Below, one piece after another: positions 58,640 to 64,000 of a DNA stretch of 64,000 bases. The stretch comes from an uncultured Nitrospirota bacterium. Lineage in GTDB: Bacteria; Nitrospirota; Nitrospiria; JACRHA01. Position 1 is the stretch's first letter. The number at the start of each line of letters is the position of its first letter. The DNA lies in contig CAYZUL010000005.1 in the NCBI GenBank assembly GCA_964481895.1, positions 942-64,941 on the forward strand, read 5' to 3'. The translations under genes and the position numbers were made by a program. A model generated the notes under the pieces. The model made no database searches, was not told where the DNA came from, and saw only the letters and a list, made by a program, of their open reading frames with translations.

Positions 58640-59359
58640 ATGAACTTAAGGACTCAGGGTCTGCCCGTTAAGATCCTCTTTACCTGTTTTCTCGGCACCA
58701 TCGGGATCGCTTATCTCTCTGCCATTACCTATCTCTTTTTAATAGATATTGAGCCGCATGCCAAAGGTAATTTGGGTATAGTCCACGCCGTGATTATCAA
58801 GTATTATGGTCAAAGGGGGACTACCCGGCTGGAAGCAGCCCTGGATGGGGGCATGGGTGAAAATATCACCCCTGCCCAGAAAAAACAGATCTCTGAATGG
58901 ATCCGTAAAGGGGCGCTTCCATCAGGTTTTGAATCGATAAAACCAATCTTTCTTAATAACTGCACTGTTTGCCACAGCAAGGAGTCGGGCATGCCCATTT
59001 CTCCACTTACCAGCTTTGATGAGGTGGCCGCCTATACCCAGATTGATATAGGCCAATCAGTAAAAAGCCTGGTGCGCGTATCACATATACATCTCTTCGG
59101 GATGAGCTTTCTCTTCTTGCTTACAAGCTGGATCTTTGTACTGAGTGAAATTGCCGTCAAATGGCGCGCCATCCTGGTATCGGTCCCTTTTGCAGCCATC
59201 TGGATAGATATAGGATCATGGTGGTTTACAAAATTTGAGCCCCTTTTTGCCTATTCAGTAATCGCCGGAGGTGCCTTGATGGGTCTCTCTCTGGCAGCGC
59301 AGATCATAATTTCACTCTGGGAGATGTGGCTTAAGGAAGGGAAAATAATAGAGGTCTAG
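58640..59359 (+). CDS. Four-TM membrane protein with a c-type heme-binding loop (CTVCH)
   Basis: 239 aa; TM1 then a soluble loop containing NNCTVCHSKESGMP, then three further TM helices. No family recognised. Confidence 0.5.
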   Translation: MNLRTQGLPVKILFTCFLGTIGIAYLSAITYLFLIDIEPHAKGNLGIVHAVIIKYYGQRGTTRLEAALDGGMGENITPAQKKQISEWIRKGALPSGFESIKPIFLNNCTVCHSKESGMPISPLTSFDEVAAYTQIDIGQSVKSLVRVSHIHLFGMSFLFLLTSWIFVLSEIAVKWRAILVSVPFAAIWIDIGSWWFTKFEPLFAYSVIAGGALMGLSLAAQIIISLWEMWLKEGKIIEV

Positions 59360-59394
59360 CCGGCTAAAAACATCGGTCTCGTGGGATTGGATTT

Positions 59395-59889
59395 TTATTT
59401 ATGAATATGCTCCTCTGCTTTTCCCCCATGGGAGAAGGTATGGGTATAGGCGATCACCTTCCAGATCTGATCTTCTTTGAGTTTCCCCTTCCATGGCGTC
59501 ATCGGGGTTTGCGGCACTCCTTCTGCGGTCCGCCAATACATATAACTATCTGTCATCTTACTTACATATTCTGCATCCCTGAGATCACGCGTACCAGTCA
59601 GAAGAGGCCTTCCATCACGTCCATGGCATGCAGCACATACCACATCCGGATCTACCATCCCATCATAGATCTTTTTCCCTTCAGTGATCACCTTGGGATC
59701 TGTCCACCATCCTTTCGGCATATGTTTGTCCTCGTATTCCTTAGGAATCTTGTCCAATGCCGGCATCTTGGGCTTCTCGCCGAACGCCACCATCATTGTA
59801 AAAAAGACAATCAGAAAAGATATTCCGATCATACATAGGTTTCGCATCTGTCGCCCCCTTTTATAAAAAGCCCATTTTAAAGACCTCAT
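59395..59889 (-). CDS. Membrane-anchored monoheme cytochrome c
   Basis: 164 aa; N-terminal signal anchor and a CAACH heme motif. The alternative start at 59847 has a better RBS (GGGGG). Confidence 0.7.
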   Translation of the reverse strand: MRSLKWAFYKRGRQMRNLCMIGISFLIVFFTMMVAFGEKPKMPALDKIPKEYEDKHMPKGWWTDPKVITEGKKIYDGMVDPDVVCAACHGRDGRPLLTGTRDLRDAEYVSKMTDSYMYWRTAEGVPQTPMTPWKGKLKEDQIWKVIAYTHTFSHGGKAEEHIHK

Positions 59890-59914
59890 TTTTTCTCTTA
59901 TTTTCTAAAATTCT

Positions 59915-60709
59915 TTAGTTTCCCTCTTTTTTGGGTGGAAAGATAGGTTTTGGCGAATTTCCTGCCGGATCTTTAAGGGACATGAGATATGCTACTAGTG
60001 CGTCCCGCTCCACTTCGCTCATAAGTCTAGGATAATTTTCCGGCATCACCACCTTCTTGTACTCATTTTCAAACCCTTCGGCATACCATGCCATGGGGTC
60101 CCAGAGTTTATCTTTTAATTGCCCGGCCATAAGCAGATTGCCGATATTGTCCAGCGCAGGCCCCCGGCGCTTCACTCCCCCTTTTCCGCCAACCTTGTGG
60201 CAATTATAACACTCATAGTCTTTGTACACCTGTTTTCCAAAGGCGATCTGTTTTGCAACGTTTTCTGCTAGAGCAGGCCCGCCGGGGGGAATCTTTTTGG
60301 TCGCTCGGGTCATACCTTCCTTTTCCAATTCTGCAAGGAGTTCTTTCTTGGCGGCCTCGACTGCTTCGGTTATGGCCGTTTTTTCCTTCTCTTTCTCCTG
60401 CTCGATAGTCATATGCTGGATCCGCCGGATTTTTTCTATCTCGATCCCTGGATCATACTGTGGGAGCAACATACCTGCAAGGGTTATTATGAACGATGCG
60501 GCGAGAAAGAAGGTGGCGATTGCAAGAATAGGGCTTTTCGGCAGGCGCATGGCCTTAGCATCAAGGAGCAAAAAGAATGAAAACCCCAACAGCACATAAC
60601 CTACGAAGAAGATCCTGAAGATAACAGGGAAACCAACCCAACTGCTGCCCGACCATACTACTGTACTCAAAATCAGGGTCCAGACGAGTTTGTATCTCAA
60701 CCTCTTCAT
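59915..60709 (-). CDS. Membrane-anchored (3 TM) monoheme cytochrome c
   Basis: 264 aa; three N-terminal TM helices, a coiled-coil linker (EQEKEKEKTAITEAVEAAKKELLAELEKE) and a C-terminal cytochrome-c domain with CYNCH. Confidence 0.7.
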   Translation of the reverse strand: MKRLRYKLVWTLILSTVVWSGSSWVGFPVIFRIFFVGYVLLGFSFFLLLDAKAMRLPKSPILAIATFFLAASFIITLAGMLLPQYDPGIEIEKIRRIQHMTIEQEKEKEKTAITEAVEAAKKELLAELEKEGMTRATKKIPPGGPALAENVAKQIAFGKQVYKDYECYNCHKVGGKGGVKRRGPALDNIGNLLMAGQLKDKLWDPMAWYAEGFENEYKKVVMPENYPRLMSEVERDALVAYLMSLKDPAGNSPKPIFPPKKEGN

Positions 60710-60720
60710 AAGAGTATCCT

Positions 60721-62280
60721 TTACGAATCGCCGCCTTCAATTCGCACCTTTAATGCTTTTGTCCTTCCAAGACCCAGACTGATCCAGATGCAGAATCCGA
60801 TCATCAGGAAGAATAAAAGGGAGATCAAAGTCACCAAGAGGCTGGACCATGCAAGGGTTGGTGTGTAAGCATCCGGGGTCATATCCTTCATGAGGATATA
60901 GATATGGAAATGCTTTCTTCCCAGGGAGCGGACAGCTCCCATAAGGCCCATAGTCCAGATTGCGGCAAAGGCAAGGAAGATCAAGGCATACTGCGATGCC
61001 GGGTCAATTTTACCCCATTGGATGGTCCCCCGTCTGATGGAAACTCTATACAATATATAACTCATCAAGACCACTGCAATGCTCAATCCAGCAGCTATAT
61101 TTTTGATCGGCATCAGCGCCATAAAACCTAGATGAGAGGGGAGTTCCATCTGTGTTACGTACTTGTCGGGATCTGCACCTTCCGGAAGGGCTCCTGGATC
61201 CAATATCATGGTGGCAAAGAAATGCCTTGGTGTCATCCAGATGGCATTGCAGATCAGGATCAGCACAAACCCGGCCCTGATAAGGGGTGCAAAGCGTTCC
61301 GCACCGGTGATCCTTTTCATAGAGAGCCAGATATAGTAGTTGCCGGCAAGATACATAAGACCGATTAGAATCCCCTGCATCTCATAGAACATTGAAAGCC
61401 TGTCGGACATCATATAGATCCCCAGGGAGGCATCATATTGATAAATTTCATAGCCATAGAGATAGCCTGGAAAAGCCAGAAGCATGAAGGTAACAAGACC
61501 GATCAGGTTGCCTATAAATCCCATCCAATCATAGAAGATCCGATCTTCATCGGTCTTAGATGTCATGTACATTACGGCAGCGATTAGACAGACAATGAAT
61601 CCACCGAAGGCCACATTGGATATAAAGCGGTGGATGTTAAGCGGCCACCAGGTAAAATTGTTCATCAACTCCCACAGTGTGGCCTTTTCATAATCTTTTA
61701 CCGGTGTATTCATAAAGCTGGTGACGGCATTCATGAGGAACATTACGGCTGTCCCAGTGATATTCAGTAATACCCCGATGGCAATATGAAAACCTTTACG
61801 GTATTTAAGCACATCCCAACTGTATAAATATGTGTACATCAATAGTGACTCTACTATGAATAAAATTGGATAGAAGATAATCCAGAGGGGGAAAAAGTAG
61901 GTCATGAGAAATGTGGAAAGCTTCGGATAAAGGGCAATTAGCAGCAGCGTAAAGAGCCCTCCGGTCAGGGCGGTAAGGCTGTAAGCCACAGCGGTGACCC
62001 TCGTAACCTCCCTGGCCAGGCGCTCATATCGATGATCCTTTTTCTTATAACCGATATATTCGCATATTACCACAAAGATGGGGGCACCTAAGATGAAGGC
62101 AGCAAAATTGAGCATTAGTTGGGCAGCAATCCAGATCACGGTTCGATTACTCACGTAGGGAAGGGTAACCTCTTTGTATTGAATTACCTCTTCTGCTCCA
62201 TAAACAACCGTAGTGGTTGCGGCCAGTGAAATCACTGCCAGTAAAATGGCCGGTTTGCGCAGAGATATCAACGATGCCAT
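60721..62280 (-). CDS. Cytochrome bd-like oxidase subunit (CydA homolog, no Q-loop, no adjacent cydB)
   Basis: 519 aa with about 14 TM helices; collinear with CydA helices. The conserved Glu region reads FPILFIVESLLMYTY, and NITGTAVMFLMNAVTSFMNTP corresponds to N..SALWILVANGWMQNP. The canonical heme His ligands are not all conserved. Confidence 0.65.
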   Translation of the reverse strand: MASLISLRKPAILLAVISLAATTTVVYGAEEVIQYKEVTLPYVSNRTVIWIAAQLMLNFAAFILGAPIFVVICEYIGYKKKDHRYERLAREVTRVTAVAYSLTALTGGLFTLLLIALYPKLSTFLMTYFFPLWIIFYPILFIVESLLMYTYLYSWDVLKYRKGFHIAIGVLLNITGTAVMFLMNAVTSFMNTPVKDYEKATLWELMNNFTWWPLNIHRFISNVAFGGFIVCLIAAVMYMTSKTDEDRIFYDWMGFIGNLIGLVTFMLLAFPGYLYGYEIYQYDASLGIYMMSDRLSMFYEMQGILIGLMYLAGNYYIWLSMKRITGAERFAPLIRAGFVLILICNAIWMTPRHFFATMILDPGALPEGADPDKYVTQMELPSHLGFMALMPIKNIAAGLSIAVVLMSYILYRVSIRRGTIQWGKIDPASQYALIFLAFAAIWTMGLMGAVRSLGRKHFHIYILMKDMTPDAYTPTLAWSSLLVTLISLLFFLMIGFCIWISLGLGRTKALKVRIEGGDS

Positions 62281-62302
62281 CGTTATTCCTTTTAAAACTG
62301 TT

Positions 62303-62863
62303 TTAGAAGAGGGGATGAAATGCTACGCCGAATTGGCCAGGTTCAATAGACTCTGTATCATGTCCGAAGATCTTCCATTCCCCCTCTTCATGGATCAGAT
62401 AATGAACCTCATCGACCCAACCATCAATCCGCTCCTTCTTTCCGGTGCGTGTATTTATGCCGAATACTAAACCGGTACACACAATATATGCCATACGTTT
62501 GGACCGATCAATATGGATCCGATTGAAGGTATGGCCTATAAGTAGTTCCTTATAATCCTGGAAAAGCCTGGTCCAGACCTTTCTTATTTCATTCCGGTCT
62601 GCCCCTAGGTGGGCATAGTTCTTTGAATATGAATTCATCAGCCCATTGAGATTCTTTGATTGGATAGCTTTGTCCGACTTCTCAAAGGTTGACATAAGTT
62701 CCTTAACCTCTTCCGGGAGGGCATGTATCTCGGCATTCTTACCTATGACTGTTTCGGCCATCAGAGGCCCAATAGACCAGAGAATTAGAAATAAAATAAA
62801 AAGTATAATAAAGAATGACCTGCCGGTCGTAAGGCAGGAATTAGGTTTAACATCTAATGTCAT
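62303..62863 (-). CDS. Membrane-anchored hypothetical protein (NTF2/SnoaL-like fold suspected)
   Basis: 186 aa; N-terminal TM anchor; co-directional with and 23 nt upstream of the bd-like oxidase gene. Confidence 0.4.
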   Translation of the reverse strand: MTLDVKPNSCLTTGRSFFIILFILFLILWSIGPLMAETVIGKNAEIHALPEEVKELMSTFEKSDKAIQSKNLNGLMNSYSKNYAHLGADRNEIRKVWTRLFQDYKELLIGHTFNRIHIDRSKRMAYIVCTGLVFGINTRTGKKERIDGWVDEVHYLIHEEGEWKIFGHDTESIEPGQFGVAFHPLF

Positions 62864-62903
62864 CGGGCTTATCCTTTATCAGAATGTCGCATAATCTCAA
62901 CCT

Positions 62904-63104
62904 TTATTTAAACGTCTTAATATAAGCGATCAGATCTTCCATGTCCGTCTTTTTAAGAACACCTACATTCAATCTCGAAGTGCAACATATGCAACCTCGA
63001 GGGGCGTTTTGTAGTCCTGGCATTGACGCCTCCTTACTTACTTTTAATATTATCCCATGAATTAGATTAATACAACCTGGAGCAAGATCTCCACATCTTT
63101 TCAT
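62904..63104 (-). CDS. Hypothetical small Cys-containing protein (uncertain)
   Basis: 66 aa ORF with four Cys (CINL...CICC); no family recognised and coding status uncertain. Confidence 0.2.
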   Translation of the reverse strand: MKRCGDLAPGCINLIHGIILKVSKEASMPGLQNAPRGCICCTSRLNVGVLKKTDMEDLIAYIKTFK

Positions 63105-63367
63105 TAATTTAACAGGTTAAGATTAGTTACCCTAAAGGTCTTTTTACCTGAGATCCTGGCAGCAAAATATCCCACCTGACAGACTCAAAAATATCTTCAA
63201 TATTTCAAAGGATTAGCATCTGTGAAGACCCCTTCTTTGTGGCAGGTCTATATATCTGGTGCTATACTTTCTTTGGGAACTAGTAGCGACTCCCTGATAC
63301 ATTTATTAATTATTTTAGGGAAAGTTTTGTAGATGGCCATAAATAACATAAATAATAGGAGGTTCAA

Positions 63368-64000
63368 ATGAACGTTAAAGTAATTGGAGTTTTGTTATTA
63401 GCATTGATGTTTTTAGTCAGTCCTGTAATCTATGCCCAGATGATGGGTGATGGGATGATGAAGGGTGGCCAGATGGCGGCCGAAGGGGAAGAAGAGGGTC
63501 AGATGCCCCAGATGCCGATGATGCATGGGATGATAAATCGGGTGATGGAGATGATGCAGGAGATGATGGAGGGCATGAGAGGTATGGCCCAGGATGAACC
63601 GACAAAGGAAAAGATGGATGGGATGATGATGGAGATGGACGAGATGATTAAACAGCATGAGGCGATGATGGAAGGGATGATGTCTGGTTCAATGATGGGA
63701 CGCTCTGATGAGATGAAGCCTGTCGAAAAGATGAAAGGGACTATGTCTTCTGCGACACAGAAAAATAGCGGCGGCGGGGTGACAGTAGAAGCGACCCTGC
63801 TAAATCCAAAGGATATTGATGAGAGGGTCACCTTCAGTCTTAAGTTCGATACGCACAGTGTAAACCTCGATGAATATGACCTGGCAAACATCTCACACCT
63901 TAGGGATGACCTTGGAAGGGAACTGCATGGGCCTGTCCTTGAAAAAGCTGAAGGAAGCGGACATCATCGGAGCGCGATAATATCCTTCTCAAATAAGAAT
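63368..64000 (+). CDS. Met-rich periplasmic protein, putative Cu/Ag-binding (paralog B), partial at window end
   Basis: ATG at 63368 with an AGGAGG RBS; the translation MNVKVIGVLLLALMFLVSPVIYAQMMGDGMMKGGQ...MPMMHGMINRVMEMMQEMMEGMRGMAQD...GGGVTVEATLLNPK... parallels the 42350 ORF. It is absent from the ORF track because it runs off the window. Confidence 0.7.
   Translation, partial: MNVKVIGVLLLALMFLVSPVIYAQMMGDGMMKGGQMAAEGEEEGQMPQMPMMHGMINRVMEMMQEMMEGMRGMAQDEPTKEKMDGMMMEMDEMIKQHEAMMEGMMSGSMMGRSDEMKPVEKMKGTMSSATQKNSGGGVTVEATLLNPKDIDERVTFSLKFDTHSVNLDEYDLANISHLRDDLGRELHGPVLEKAEGSGHHRSAIISFSNKN

Overview
The window reads as a bacterial chromosomal segment of about 45-50% GC. Gene-finding features are strong GGAGG-type RBSs, several ATGA stop/start overlaps and two TTG starts. 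The cytochrome gene set (Cyc2-like porin-cytochrome, bd-like oxidase) suggests a Nitrospirota-like or iron-oxidiser-like lineage, but that is inference only. Positions 1-32,100 are mostly housekeeping: partial aspC-like aminotransferase, coaD, rsmD, gcvT, an orphan livG/livF ATPase pair, tRNA-Lys(TTT), an MFS transporter, a GC-rich B12-radical SAM gene, an M48 protease, priA, bluB, MscS, a PAS/GAF-GGDEF-EAL protein, hemW, a HepT/MntA pair, pdhAB, leuCD, nfo, a diiron ferritin-like protein, a GGDEF-like membrane protein and an acyl-CoA DH/MeaB/PccB group. In this stretch the standout is a 1036-aa single ORF that fuses cNMP-binding, GAF and a sigma54-type AAA+ domain (GAFTGA lost, no HTH) to a NapH/CcoG-like membrane [4Fe-4S] domain. 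Positions 32,100-56,900 form a mosaic accessory region. A duplicated and rearranged stress module (64-nt leader, uspA, ftsH, Met-rich periplasmic protein) brackets a copper-homeostasis island. That island holds a secreted unknown protein plus a putative beta-barrel, an FAD oxidoreductase, an HD-GYP phosphodiesterase with a Cys-cluster N-terminus, a CopA with two YHS domains, a methyltransferase, a P-II-like protein, DegP, DUF2933 and ICMT-like proteins, and a LolA-like/ABC/FtsX/outer-membrane exporter. It is followed by an AT-rich islet with a HEPN gene and an unknown partner, a phd/parE toxin-antitoxin pair, a copA 3'-end remnant and a beta-CASP nuclease. The two ftsH paralogs share a 1,219-bp block of 100% identity, which indicates gene conversion. 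Positions 56,900-63,100 hold a bidirectional cytochrome cluster: a periplasmic cytochrome c, a Cyc2-like fused cytochrome-porin, a 4-TM c-type cytochrome and, convergently, two membrane-anchored cytochromes c and a CydA-like bd-like oxidase with no cydB. This is a candidate Fe(II)-oxidation or extracellular-electron-transfer respiratory module. No CRISPR array, rRNA or obvious transposase was found. All calls come from reading the translated ORFs and the DNA by eye; no searches were run.
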